DNA from: an uncultured Lachnospiraceae bacterium
GTDB lineage: Bacteria; Bacillota; Clostridia; Lachnospirales; Lachnospiraceae
DNA length: 48,061 bases
NCBI GenBank assembly: GCA_949915905.1
Contig: CATLEQ010000001.1
Coordinates: 1-48,061, forward strand
Reading direction: 5' to 3'
Position numbers and translations under genes: made by a program. Each line of letters opens with the position of its first letter. The stretch's first letter is position 1. Below, one piece after another: positions 20,383-29,687 of this stretch. The notes beneath the pieces are model-generated. The model was not told the DNA's origin, ran no database searches, and saw only the letters and a program-made list of their open reading frames with translations.

Positions 20383-22002
20383 TTGAAAGAGTACAAACGG
20401 TTAAAGGATCCGATTTATGGATATATTAAAATACCGACACGGTACATGAATGGAATTATTGATACTGCCGGTTTTCAAAGATTGCGGAGAATAATACAGA
20501 CAAGTTATTCTCCGCTTTATTCATCTGCGGTACATAATAGATTTGTCCATTCCATGGGAGTGTTTCATTTGGGCGAGATGGCATCTTGTCAACTTATTGG
20601 AGAAATCGGGAGAAAGTATAAATTTGATTTTGATGTGGAAAGAATTGGCGAGATATTTATGATAGCGTGCCTATTGCATGATGTGGGACACGCTCCGTTT
20701 TCCCATACAGGGGAAGAGTTTTACTTAGATAATGACAAGGAAATTACGGGGATTCATGACAAGTTAATAGAAACTGTTTCAGCGGAAAAATTTGCCGAGG
20801 ATGTTCCGCGGGAGAAAACGGCTGCGGCCGCTCCGCATGAAATCATGAGTGCAATTGTCGGGCTTATTTCATTTCCTGAATTTTTTCAGGATGAATGTGA
20901 ACGTGAATTTTTTGCAAGATGTATTACGGGATATAAGTATGCTGAAAAAAGTGATGAGAATGATGTCCGCAACTGTTTTATCCAGTTGTTAAATTCAAAA
21001 GTGATAGATGTCGATAAGTTGGATTATTTGATAAGGGACGCATATATAACGGGATTTGATACGGTTAGCATAGATTATGAGAGGCTGTTAGGCGCATTGA
21101 CTATTGTGAAAACGGATGACGGGTATGAACTGGCATATTATAAGAATGCCATCAGCGTGATTGAAAATGTCGTATATGCTCACGATGCGGAGCGTAAATG
21201 GATACAAAGCCACCCTACCATTATATATGAAACTTACATCTTGCAACATATAATAGGGCATTTGTGCACGAAAATAAATGAATTAGGAAAGACTCTTTTC
21301 TGCCTGGAATCGTTGCTGGATGAAGGGCAGGAATTTAAGGAAAATGTGAAAGTGAGTCTTATGAGCGATGATGACATTATTTATTTAATGAAAAATGTTT
21401 TTCCAAATGAACTCAGCGCCGAATATTTTCAACGTGTTGACAGACGGCATCCGGTATGGAAATCGGAGGCGGAATATAAGACTTTTTTCCTGGGCAGGAC
21501 ATCAGGAGGTGAAATTCTCAGGGAATTTGAAATGGCAATGACGGCAACGGCAAAATATTTGGGAGGACGTTCGGATATTTGGACAATTAATCAGGAATTG
21601 GCCGATGTAATTGAAGCGGAGCTTGCCGAGATTGACAACCAGAAATTAGATGATATGTCAAAAGCAGTTCAGAAGAAGGATAAGGAAAAAATTCTAAAGG
21701 TGGTTAATTGTTTACAGAAATATGCTTTTGAGAAAAACATGAAATGTGATTTTATTATAATCAAGGCAAGCCAATTTAATAGTGGATTTGGTAAACCTGA
21801 TTTTTCAGATACGAATATTTCTTTTCCTATAGGACAAGGTGAGGAAAAAGTCGCGAAGGTTGGTGAAATTGTATCTTCATTAAGTGCAAAAAGTAAAGAT
21901 AGAGATGATTTTTTCTATTTGTTTTACAAGAGGGATGATCGTGGTGATATTGAGCTTGAAAGTCAGGAATTGTGTAAGATTTTAATAAAGGAGTTTGTTT
22001 AA
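20383..22002 (+). CDS. SAMHD1-like HD-domain dNTP triphosphohydrolase with long C-terminal extension
   Basis: DPIYGYI, FQRLRRIIQ, HNRFVHSMG, LLHDVGHAPFSH, DVDKLDYLIRD. Confidence 0.85.
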   Translation: MKEYKRLKDPIYGYIKIPTRYMNGIIDTAGFQRLRRIIQTSYSPLYSSAVHNRFVHSMGVFHLGEMASCQLIGEIGRKYKFDFDVERIGEIFMIACLLHDVGHAPFSHTGEEFYLDNDKEITGIHDKLIETVSAEKFAEDVPREKTAAAAPHEIMSAIVGLISFPEFFQDECEREFFARCITGYKYAEKSDENDVRNCFIQLLNSKVIDVDKLDYLIRDAYITGFDTVSIDYERLLGALTIVKTDDGYELAYYKNAISVIENVVYAHDAERKWIQSHPTIIYETYILQHIIGHLCTKINELGKTLFCLESLLDEGQEFKENVKVSLMSDDDIIYLMKNVFPNELSAEYFQRVDRRHPVWKSEAEYKTFFLGRTSGGEILREFEMAMTATAKYLGGRSDIWTINQELADVIEAELAEIDNQKLDDMSKAVQKKDKEKILKVVNCLQKYAFEKNMKCDFIIIKASQFNSGFGKPDFSDTNISFPIGQGEEKVAKVGEIVSSLSAKSKDRDDFFYLFYKRDDRGDIELESQELCKILIKEFV

Positions 22003-22022
22003 AAAGAAAGGTGTCATGATTC

Positions 22023-22787
22023 ATGGACGCAATGGAAGTGTTTTTGGAGTATGCCTCGCATTTTGACAGCGAGGGCAATGGCAGGATAAAGCTGAAAATC
22101 GTGCACACGCAGGCGGTGGTGGACGTGATGAACCGTCTGACAAGGAGGCTGGGGCTTTCAGAAAGGATGCACCGTCTCGCGTATCTTTGCGCCGTTTATC
22201 ACGATATCGGTCGTTTTGAACAGTTGAGGCGATACAACACGTTCTCGGATGCCATAAGTTTTGACCATGCGGCTTTAAGCTGTGAAATTTTGCGCAAGGA
22301 GCATTTGCTGGATGAATTGGCGGAAAACGAGCAAGTGATGATTTTGACGGCCATTGCCAATCATAATAAATTTGCCATTGAGCCGGGGCTTGACGAGGAT
22401 ACGTTGTTCTTGTGCAAGCTGATTCGCGACGCGGACAAGTGTGATATTTTTCGTGTCTTTGCCTATGAGGACATGGTGGATACGATGGGTGAGACGCTCG
22501 AACAAGTGGCGGAAGAGACCGTAAGCGATATCGTATATGAAAACGTTTTAGAACACGTTTGCGTGAGGCGTGAAGATAGGAAGACGGGATTGGACGTCTG
22601 GGTCGGTTTTTTGACGTTCGTATTTGACATTTATTTCAAGGAGAGTATCGAGTGGATTTTAGAAACGGGATATTATAAGCTGCCGTTTGAACAAGTGACT
22701 TTTACCAATCCGCAGACGGTGGAGCGGCTTGAGGTGATTTTTGCCGAGGTGGAGGGGTATATGCGGGAGAAAATCGGGAGGAGGTGA
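22023..22787 (+). CDS. HD-domain phosphohydrolase
   Basis: KIVHT...YHDIGRFEQ...IRDADK. Confidence 0.85.
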   Translation: MDAMEVFLEYASHFDSEGNGRIKLKIVHTQAVVDVMNRLTRRLGLSERMHRLAYLCAVYHDIGRFEQLRRYNTFSDAISFDHAALSCEILRKEHLLDELAENEQVMILTAIANHNKFAIEPGLDEDTLFLCKLIRDADKCDIFRVFAYEDMVDTMGETLEQVAEETVSDIVYENVLEHVCVRREDRKTGLDVWVGFLTFVFDIYFKESIEWILETGYYKLPFEQVTFTNPQTVERLEVIFAEVEGYMREKIGRR

Positions 22788-22835
22788 CTTCTCCCGATTT
22801 TTTGCGGAATTATGAGTTCGCTTGCATTGGAAACT

Positions 22836-23555
22836 CTAAATTTCCGGAAGCCCATTCCCCTCTGTCAATGCCTTTTTGGCCAGTTTGTCTGCCATTTCAT
22901 TATAATAGTTCCCGGTGTGAGCGGCGATTTTGGTGAAGGAAATTTTGATTCTTTGGCCGTTTTGCCGCATGTATGCGGCGTATTTTTGCGTCAAAGGGTT
23001 ATTTGTCTTCCACCTGCCCGTGGCCCACATTTCGATGCCGGAATAGTCGTAGCGGATGTCAACGGCCGGGTAATCATTTTTGATACACCATTTGACGGCG
23101 AACATCGCCCCTAACATTTCCCCGGTCACGTTGCGCAATGCCAGGGATTCGGGATTGTCGCCGTTTCCCGACCATTCACCAATCTCGCCATCGGGGGTGA
23201 TAAGGACGCACCCGAAGGAATAGCGTTTTACTTTTTTGTCAAAACTGCCGTCCACGTAGGCGACGACCTGGCCGGGAAGATGAACTATGGGCGGCGGTGC
23301 GGTCTTGGATGCTTTGGACGGCTTGGGGGAAGCCTTTGCCGATGAAGTTGTTTTTTGCACCGCATTGTTTGACGAAATTTCCACGGTTTTCTTCGTCGTT
23401 CCACCCGCCAGATATTCTTTTGCAGCCTCTCTAGTGGGAAAGCCTTTATATTCCGCTCCGGGATATCCGTCCACGGAAGCCTTGCACTCATCCCAGGTCT
23501 GGAAAATGCCGGTGACTTTGCCGGTTCTCACGGCGTAAAAATTTTTCTTGGCCAT
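22836..23555 (-). CDS. rnhA: Ribonuclease HI with N-terminal hybrid-binding (viroplasmin-like) domain
   Basis: FYAVRTG..TGIFQTWDEC...YKGF; YVDGS, RNVTGE, AHTG..YNEMADKLAK. Confidence 0.9.
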   Translation of the reverse strand: MAKKNFYAVRTGKVTGIFQTWDECKASVDGYPGAEYKGFPTREAAKEYLAGGTTKKTVEISSNNAVQKTTSSAKASPKPSKASKTAPPPIVHLPGQVVAYVDGSFDKKVKRYSFGCVLITPDGEIGEWSGNGDNPESLALRNVTGEMLGAMFAVKWCIKNDYPAVDIRYDYSGIEMWATGRWKTNNPLTQKYAAYMRQNGQRIKISFTKIAAHTGNYYNEMADKLAKKALTEGNGLPEI

Positions 23556-23698
23556 AACTACTCCTTTAGGAAATGTAAAGATTAATTCTTTAACAGTTCC
23601 TTAGCGCGTTCGTCTTGATATTTCATGTGGATAAGTGTATCATAGATTCAGACAGATTCCAATATTTTTATGAAATTTTACAATCGGGAGGACTCATC

Positions 23699-24877
23699 AT
23701 GCAATATAGGGAAGACAAACACGGAAACCAACTGTCCATTCTCGGCTACGGCTGTATGCGTTTTACGAAAAAGGGCAACAAGATTGACCTTGACAAGGCG
23801 GAGCGGGAACTATTGTATGCCATCGAGCGAGGTGTGAATTATCTGGACACCGCATATATTTACGGCGGGAGCGAGGCGGCGTTGGGCGAGATTTTGGAGC
23901 GGAACCGGATTCGCAACAAGGTTTACATTGCCACGAAGTTGCCGCAGTACATGGTAAAATCCCTGGAAGGGGCGGAGAAGATTTTCCAGGAGGAGCTAAA
24001 ACGGTTACGCACGGATCACGTGGACTATTACCTGATGCACATGTTAAGCGACGTGGACAATTGGGAGCGGCTAAAATCAATCGGCATTGACAAGTGGATT
24101 GAGAAGAAAAAGCAAAGCGGACAGATTCGCAATGTCGGTTTTTCGTTCCATGGGACGACGTCGCATTTTTTGCCGTTGCTTGACGCGTATGACTGGGATT
24201 TTTGCCAAATCCAGTACAATTATCTGGACGAGCATACGCAGGCGGGGCGAAAGGGTCTTGAGTATGCGGGGGAAAAAGGGATTCCGGTCATCATCATGGA
24301 GCCGCTTCGGGGCGGGAAGCTGGTCAACGACCTGCCGAAGAAGGCACGGGAGGCCATTGCGGCGGATGCAAAGAAGAGAAGCGCGGCGGAACTGGCTCTG
24401 CGCTGGCTGTGGGACCAACCGCAGGTGACGTGCGTCTTGTCGGGCATGAATTCGTTGGAAATGGTGCAAGAGAACATCCGTATCGCGTCCGACGTGCGGG
24501 CGGGGGAATTTACGGATGAGGATTTTGAATTGATTTCGCGGGCGCGCCTGGCTATCATGGACGGCGTGAAGATTGGCTGTACCGGCTGCGGGTATTGCCA
24601 GCCTTGTCCGAAAAATATCGGAATCCCGCAGGCATTTCAAAGTTACAATCTGATCGAGGTGGAGGGAAAGTCGAAAGCGTGGAGGGAATATTTTCAGAAC
24701 ACGGCACTGCGCTCGAAGACGAGCAGCGCGTCCCAATGCGTCGGTTGCGGCAAATGCGAGGAGCACTGCCCCCAACACTTGCCCATCCGCCAGTATTTGA
24801 AGGACGTGGAACGGACGATGGAGACGCCAATGTACCGGATTGCCAAAAGGATTGTGAAACTTTTGAATTTGTATTGA
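23699..24877 (+). CDS. Aldo/keto reductase with C-terminal 4Fe-4S dicluster domain
   Basis: GYGCMR, YLDTAYIY, MEPLRGG, CTGCGYCQPCP, CVGCGKCEEHCP; GGGAGG RBS. Confidence 0.92.
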   Translation: MQYREDKHGNQLSILGYGCMRFTKKGNKIDLDKAERELLYAIERGVNYLDTAYIYGGSEAALGEILERNRIRNKVYIATKLPQYMVKSLEGAEKIFQEELKRLRTDHVDYYLMHMLSDVDNWERLKSIGIDKWIEKKKQSGQIRNVGFSFHGTTSHFLPLLDAYDWDFCQIQYNYLDEHTQAGRKGLEYAGEKGIPVIIMEPLRGGKLVNDLPKKAREAIAADAKKRSAAELALRWLWDQPQVTCVLSGMNSLEMVQENIRIASDVRAGEFTDEDFELISRARLAIMDGVKIGCTGCGYCQPCPKNIGIPQAFQSYNLIEVEGKSKAWREYFQNTALRSKTSSASQCVGCGKCEEHCPQHLPIRQYLKDVERTMETPMYRIAKRIVKLLNLY

Positions 24878-24924
24878 CAACATACCTACGGTATGTTATG
24901 ATGATTGACATACCAATGGTATGT
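24874..24924 (+). promoter_or_regulatory. TetR promoter with two ACATACC-N3-GGTATGT operators
   Basis: TTGACA-17-TATGAT; palindromes at 24879-24897 (in the spacer) and 24908-24924. Confidence 0.8.
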
Positions 24925-24952
24925 ATGAGCGTGAAAAAAGGAGGAGGGTTTG

Positions 24953-25606
24953 ATGGCGAGGAACAAGCACCCGGAGGAAACGGTGAATCTGATATTGGAC
25001 GTCGCGTTTCGTTTGTTCATGGAAAAGGGGTACGAGCATACGTCTGTCCAGGACATTATTGACAATCTGGGTGGTCTTAGTAAAGGTGCCATTTACCATC
25101 ATTTCAAGTCGAAGGAGGACATTTTGGACGCGGTCATGAACCGAATGACGGCGGAGTCGAACAAGTTGCTCGCCGAGGTGCGCGACCGCACGGATCTGAA
25201 CGGGAAGGAGAAGCTGCGGATGATTTTTAAGACCTCGATCAACCGGCCCGTCCAGGATGACATTCTCACGGTGGCTCCGAATTTCCACAATAATCCAAGG
25301 CTTGTGTTTGGCATTTTGCATGAATCGGTGGACGAGGCGGCACCAATATATATACGGCCAATCATCGAGCAGGGGGTTTTGGACGGAAGCATAAAGACGG
25401 AGTACCCGGAACAGTTGGCGGAGCTCATACTTATTGCGGTCAATGTCTGGATGAATCCGATGATATTTGGAGATAACGTAGAGAAGTCCTATGGGAAATT
25501 CATGGTGCTAAAACAGTTGCTTGACGGAATCGGGCTAGACGTCATGGATGAGGAGATGTTGGCCAGGTTGCAGGAACTGACTGATATTTACCAGAAAGCG
25601 CATTAA
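24953..25606 (+). CDS. TetR/AcrR-family regulator
   Basis: ILDVAFRLFMEKGY..TSVQDI...LSKGAIYHHFKSKE. Confidence 0.95.
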   Translation: MARNKHPEETVNLILDVAFRLFMEKGYEHTSVQDIIDNLGGLSKGAIYHHFKSKEDILDAVMNRMTAESNKLLAEVRDRTDLNGKEKLRMIFKTSINRPVQDDILTVAPNFHNNPRLVFGILHESVDEAAPIYIRPIIEQGVLDGSIKTEYPEQLAELILIAVNVWMNPMIFGDNVEKSYGKFMVLKQLLDGIGLDVMDEEMLARLQELTDIYQKAH

Positions 25607-25772
25607 GAAGAGCGTGTACTGTCGATGCTGTTTTGTGAAAGTGAAAACGGTAATCGCGGTACACATGTTTTTTGACATAATACATACCAACGTGCGGTAT
25701 TATGTGATTATGTTCAATATAAAAGTGGGAATGTATTTTATGATTGGCGGAGGAGAAGGAGGAAAAGAAGAC

Positions 25773-27029
25773 ATGGAAGGAAAAATGAAGTGCGGGTTAT
25801 GGTCGAAAGACTTTGGATTGGTAGTCGTTGGTCAGATTATTTCCTTGTTTGGAAATGCTACGGTAAGGTTTGCCTTGCCGCTATATTTATTAAACCAGAC
25901 CGGTTCTGCTGCCATTTACGGGACGGTCATGGCCTTGGCCTTCATTCCGGCCGTCGTGTTGTCGCCCATTGGCGGGCTTGCTGCGGATAGGGTAAATAAG
26001 AGGAACGTCATGGTTGTCCTGGATTTTTTCACGGCCATGTTGATACTTGCATTTTGTTTGTTGATAGGACGGGTTGAATTGGTCGGCCTGACGACGGTAA
26101 CATTGATGCTTTTGTATGGCATTGCCGGCGCGTATCAGCCGTCCGTGCAGGCGAGCATTCCGGTTCTGGTAAGCCAGAAAAACATCATGGCGGCGAATTC
26201 CGTCGTGAACATGGTTGGTTCCCTTGCGTCCTTGGCGGGACCGGTGCTGGGCGGCATCCTCTATGGCACATATGGAGTGAGGCCGGTATTGTGGGTTTGT
26301 ATGGCTTGTTTTTTGATGTCGGCGGTCATGGAGTTATTCATCCGGATTCCATTTGAGAGGCAGGCGTTTGAAGGAACAATCTGGAAAATGGCGAGGGAGG
26401 ATTTTGCGGAAAGTTTTCATTTTGTGTGCAAAGGCAAGCCGGTTATCGGGAAAGTGATGTTTGCGGCTTGTGGATTCAACTTGTTTTTATCGGCGATGAT
26501 AATTGTCGCAATGCCGTACATGATAACAGAGGTGTTTCATTTTGGGGAGCCACTGGCGAATCGGCTTTACGGTTTCACGCAGGGAATTCTGGCGGCGGGA
26601 GGATTGTTAGGAGGGATGTGCGCGGGTGTTTTTGCAAGTCGGCTGTCCGTGAAAAAGGCCGGAAACTTGATTGTCATTTCTGCCGCGTGTGTATTAGTCA
26701 TGGGGACGGCACTTATTTTCTTCACTTCCGAAATAATAAATTGCGTCGTCATGACGGGATGTGGCTTCGCCATTATGCTATGCACCACGGTTTTTACCAT
26801 ACAAATGTTGTCCTTCGTGCAGGCAGAGACCCCGCAAAAGTTGTTGGGGAAAGTAATTGCCGTCATCCTCACGGTGTCCATGTGCGCGCAGCCCTTAGGA
26901 AACGCGTTGTATGGAATTTTGTTTGAAACGTGTAAGGGGATGGAATTTGTCGTGATGATGTTTGCAGGGACGGTTTCCATGGTAATCGCGGTTTATACGA
27001 GGGGGATATTTACAAGGATGTCGGAATAA
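25773..27029 (+). CDS. MFS efflux transporter
   Basis: GQIISLFG, GLAADRVNKR motif A, about 12 hydrophobic segments; start chosen after AAGGAGG. Confidence 0.9.
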   Translation: MEGKMKCGLWSKDFGLVVVGQIISLFGNATVRFALPLYLLNQTGSAAIYGTVMALAFIPAVVLSPIGGLAADRVNKRNVMVVLDFFTAMLILAFCLLIGRVELVGLTTVTLMLLYGIAGAYQPSVQASIPVLVSQKNIMAANSVVNMVGSLASLAGPVLGGILYGTYGVRPVLWVCMACFLMSAVMELFIRIPFERQAFEGTIWKMAREDFAESFHFVCKGKPVIGKVMFAACGFNLFLSAMIIVAMPYMITEVFHFGEPLANRLYGFTQGILAAGGLLGGMCAGVFASRLSVKKAGNLIVISAACVLVMGTALIFFTSEIINCVVMTGCGFAIMLCTTVFTIQMLSFVQAETPQKLLGKVIAVILTVSMCAQPLGNALYGILFETCKGMEFVVMMFAGTVSMVIAVYTRGIFTRMSE

Positions 27030-27111
27030 GGGCGCGGTTGGAGAAAATTTCCAGCTGTGCGGTTGGATGCTTTGCCACGCGACCGTCATCTGATGAAGGA
27101 ATGATGCCAGA

Positions 27112-27146
27112 AAGGGGGAGGCTTTGCAACCTTCCCCCTTCCTTTT
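27112..27146. terminator. Terminator between convergent MFS and fprA genes
   Basis: AAGGGGGAGG...CCTTCCCCTT stem followed by CCTTTT. Confidence 0.65.
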
Positions 27147-27192
27147 GATGCTTTATGCCGTGTTTGTGGGCGATGGTAAAAATGAAGTGCGA

Positions 27193-28347
27193 TTATTTGC
27201 ACATTTCATCGGCCAACGCGTCGATCTGTGCCATGTTGTCCTCGTTCATGGCGGACTTGAGGGTCACGATAGGTTCCACAATGGTCGTATTTTTGCAACC
27301 TTCCAGCATCTTGGTCATCACCTTGGCGGCGGTGGAGGCCCATGAGCCGTTTTCCATCAGGCCGACGGTGCGGTTTTGCCAATTGTGCTCGGCGAGCGTG
27401 GTGATAAACTCCCGCATGAACGGGAAGATGTCGGCGTTGTATGTAGTGGTGGCGAGAATCACTTTCCCGTAACGGAACGCGTTTTCTACCGCTTTGGACA
27501 TGTCGCAACGTGCGAGGTCGTTGACTACCACTTTCGGACAACCCTTTTCTTTTAATTTGTCGGCCAGCAGTTCGACCGCTTTCTTCGTATGTCCGTAAAT
27601 GGACGTGTAGGCAATCATGACACCTTCGGACTCTACGCCGTAGGAAGACCATGTGTTATATAAATCCAGATAATATCCAAGGTTCTCGTTTAAAACCGGG
27701 CCGTGCAGCGGGCAAATCGTCTGGATGTCCAGGGCGGAAGCTTTTTTAAGAAGTGCCTGTGCCTGCATTCCGTACTTCCCGACGATGCCGAAATAGTAAC
27801 GGCGGGCTTCAGAAGCCCAGTCTTCCTCCACGTCCAATGCGCCGAACTTGCCAAAGGCATCCGCGGAAAAGAGTACTTTGTCATAATTGTCATAAGTCAC
27901 GATGACTTCCGGCCAATGCACCATCGGCGCGGTGACAAAGCAAAGTTCGTGCTTGCCGAGGGAGAGCATGTCGCCTTCTTTGGCAATAAGGCGGCTGTCG
28001 GAAAAATCAGTGCCGAAAAACTGTTTCATCATGGTAAATGCCTTGGCACTCGCAACGATGCGGGTCTGCGGGTAGCGTTCCACAAATCGCATGATGTTTG
28101 CCGAATGATCGGGTTCCATGTGTTGGACAATCAGGTAATCCGGCAGGCGCTCGCCAAGGACGGCGGCCACGTTGGCCAGCCATTCCTCTCCGAAATGTGC
28201 ATCCGCGGTGTCAAATACGGCAATTTTTTCATCCATGATCACGTAAGAATTATAAGCCATGCCATTCTTCACCATGTACTGTCCTTCAAAGAGGTCGATG
28301 TCGTGGTCGTTTACACCTACGTATTTGATGTCGTTTGAAATTTTCAT
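27193..28347 (-). CDS. fprA: FprA-type flavodiiron protein (metallo-beta-lactamase + flavodoxin)
   Basis: HMEPDHS, MVHWPE, SADAFG, CPLHG, YTSIYGHT. Confidence 0.93.
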   Translation of the reverse strand: MKISNDIKYVGVNDHDIDLFEGQYMVKNGMAYNSYVIMDEKIAVFDTADAHFGEEWLANVAAVLGERLPDYLIVQHMEPDHSANIMRFVERYPQTRIVASAKAFTMMKQFFGTDFSDSRLIAKEGDMLSLGKHELCFVTAPMVHWPEVIVTYDNYDKVLFSADAFGKFGALDVEEDWASEARRYYFGIVGKYGMQAQALLKKASALDIQTICPLHGPVLNENLGYYLDLYNTWSSYGVESEGVMIAYTSIYGHTKKAVELLADKLKEKGCPKVVVNDLARCDMSKAVENAFRYGKVILATTTYNADIFPFMREFITTLAEHNWQNRTVGLMENGSWASTAAKVMTKMLEGCKNTTIVEPIVTLKSAMNEDNMAQIDALADEMCK

Positions 28348-28580
28348 AGTGATGCATCCTTTCTTCGAAAATTGGTATTGTGGGGCGGCGTAATCGTCGG
28401 CACTCGCGCATTTGGTGCATGGCGGGATGCAACTTTGCCTGCCCGTTTTTATCGTGCCGCTTCACAGCAGATTTTACAAGTATAACACATTCTCCGTATA
28501 ATAGAAACTACCTAAAAAAATTTTTTTTTGTGCATAATTAACAATATTTTTTATTTCGTGAAAGAAAGAAAAAAGAAAAG

Positions 28581-28609
28581 TTTACAAACATATGTTCTGA
28601 CATTATAAT
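28581..28609 (+). promoter_or_regulatory. sigmaA promoter containing a LexA/SOS-like box
   Basis: TTTACA-17-TATAAT with AAACATATGTTC (28586-28597), one mismatch to GAAC-N4-GTTC. Confidence 0.65.
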
Positions 28610-28692
28610 AATAGATAAAACGGCATGATGGTAGGTTCAAAATACCTTTTGAGTCCGACATCAACAGTATGTAACGGAAAGGAGCGGGGGTA

Positions 28693-29007
28693 ATGCATTA
28701 TCCATTGATTGACAAGGAAAAAACGGGACGGTGGCTTAAATTGTTATTTGCGGCAAAGGGCGTGCGGCCAAAAGACATACAGAGGTATCTGTCGCTTAGT
28801 TGCATCCAGACGGTGTACCGCTGGCTGGAGGGGACGAACATTCCAAGCATGGATCATTTGTATGCGCTGAGCAGCCTGCTGGGGGTGTCCGTGAATCAGT
28901 TCGTCGTGGGAAATAGTGATGACGAAGAGTGGCGTGAGCGGCGCGAGGCGTGTGCGCGTTTGTGGAGTTATACTGCGGTGCAAAAACATTTGCACCGCAG
29001 TATATGA
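28693..29007 (+). CDS. XRE-family HTH protein (paralogue 1)
   Basis: YPLIDKEKTG..LK...IQTVYRWLEG...PSMDHLYALSSLLGVS. Confidence 0.85.
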   Translation: MHYPLIDKEKTGRWLKLLFAAKGVRPKDIQRYLSLSCIQTVYRWLEGTNIPSMDHLYALSSLLGVSVNQFVVGNSDDEEWRERREACARLWSYTAVQKHLHRSI

Positions 29008-29009
29008 AA

Positions 29010-29095
29010 ATGCGCACAGCCGCATAAGGAAACATGCCGCTTTGCGGCTGCGGCTGGCGCAATACTCACGGCAGATTTTATCGGCCGTGAGTATA
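29010..29095 (+). repeat. Dispersed hairpin repeat family B, copy 1 (86 nt)
   Basis: Near-identical to the reverse complement of 44055-44140; adjoined by a perfect 16-bp hairpin at 28969-29004. Confidence 0.9.
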
Positions 29096-29240
29096 TCATA
29101 AATGGAAGGGGGAGTCACGTCACGCCAGCGTAGGAATTATTGAATTTTGGGTTCAATGACAACGGCCGAAAATGGGGTTAAAATATGAGTGACAAGAAAA
29201 ACAGAGTTGCCAAGTGCTCATAGTAAGGAGGTCATTTGTT

Positions 29241-29504
29241 ATGAGGAACTTTCAATTTCCGGTGATTGACAAGGTGTCGACGGGGAATCGTTTGCGGGAG
29301 GAGTTTAAAAAGAGGGGGATTTCGGCGAGGGAGGTTCAGGAGCTTTTGTGTATGGGCTCGACACAGACCATATATGATTGGTATATCGGGAGGACCCTGC
29401 CCTCGTTGGACAACATGGTGGCACTGAGCAGGGTGCTTGAGTGCAAGGTAGAGGACTTGCTGGTATTTCAGTCTGTGGAAGAGAAGGGTGAGCAAGGGAA
29501 ATGA
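29241..29504 (+). CDS. XRE-family HTH protein (paralogue 2)
   Basis: FPVIDKVSTGNRL...TQTIYDWYIG..LPSLDNMVALSRVL; AAGGAGG RBS. Confidence 0.87.
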   Translation: MRNFQFPVIDKVSTGNRLREEFKKRGISAREVQELLCMGSTQTIYDWYIGRTLPSLDNMVALSRVLECKVEDLLVFQSVEEKGEQGK

Positions 29505-29521
29505 AGAGACGTTATGAGAAT

Positions 29522-29555
29522 AGAAAAAGAGGCTGCATTGTCGGCCTCTTTTTCT
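29522..29555. terminator. Bidirectional terminator
   Basis: AGAAAAAGAGGC...GCCTCTTTTTCT between convergent genes. Confidence 0.85.
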
Positions 29556-29687
29556 TACTTTATTAGGAAACTTCGTTCCCTATAAAGCAAAACCCTCCGG
29601 GGGATGCGCACTTCGCGCCTAAGGAAAGTGGCTGCTGACGCAGCCGCGCCCCGGCGCGAGAGTCCGGCAAGCCGGACTCTTTATTCT
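29550..29687 (+). repeat. Dispersed multi-hairpin repeat family C, copy 1 (about 137 nt)
   Basis: Near-identical to 47427-47563. Confidence 0.92.

Noticed and set aside
23626-23634. Single perfect DnaA box between rnhA and the reductase gene
   Set aside because: An isolated 9-mer is compatible with chance
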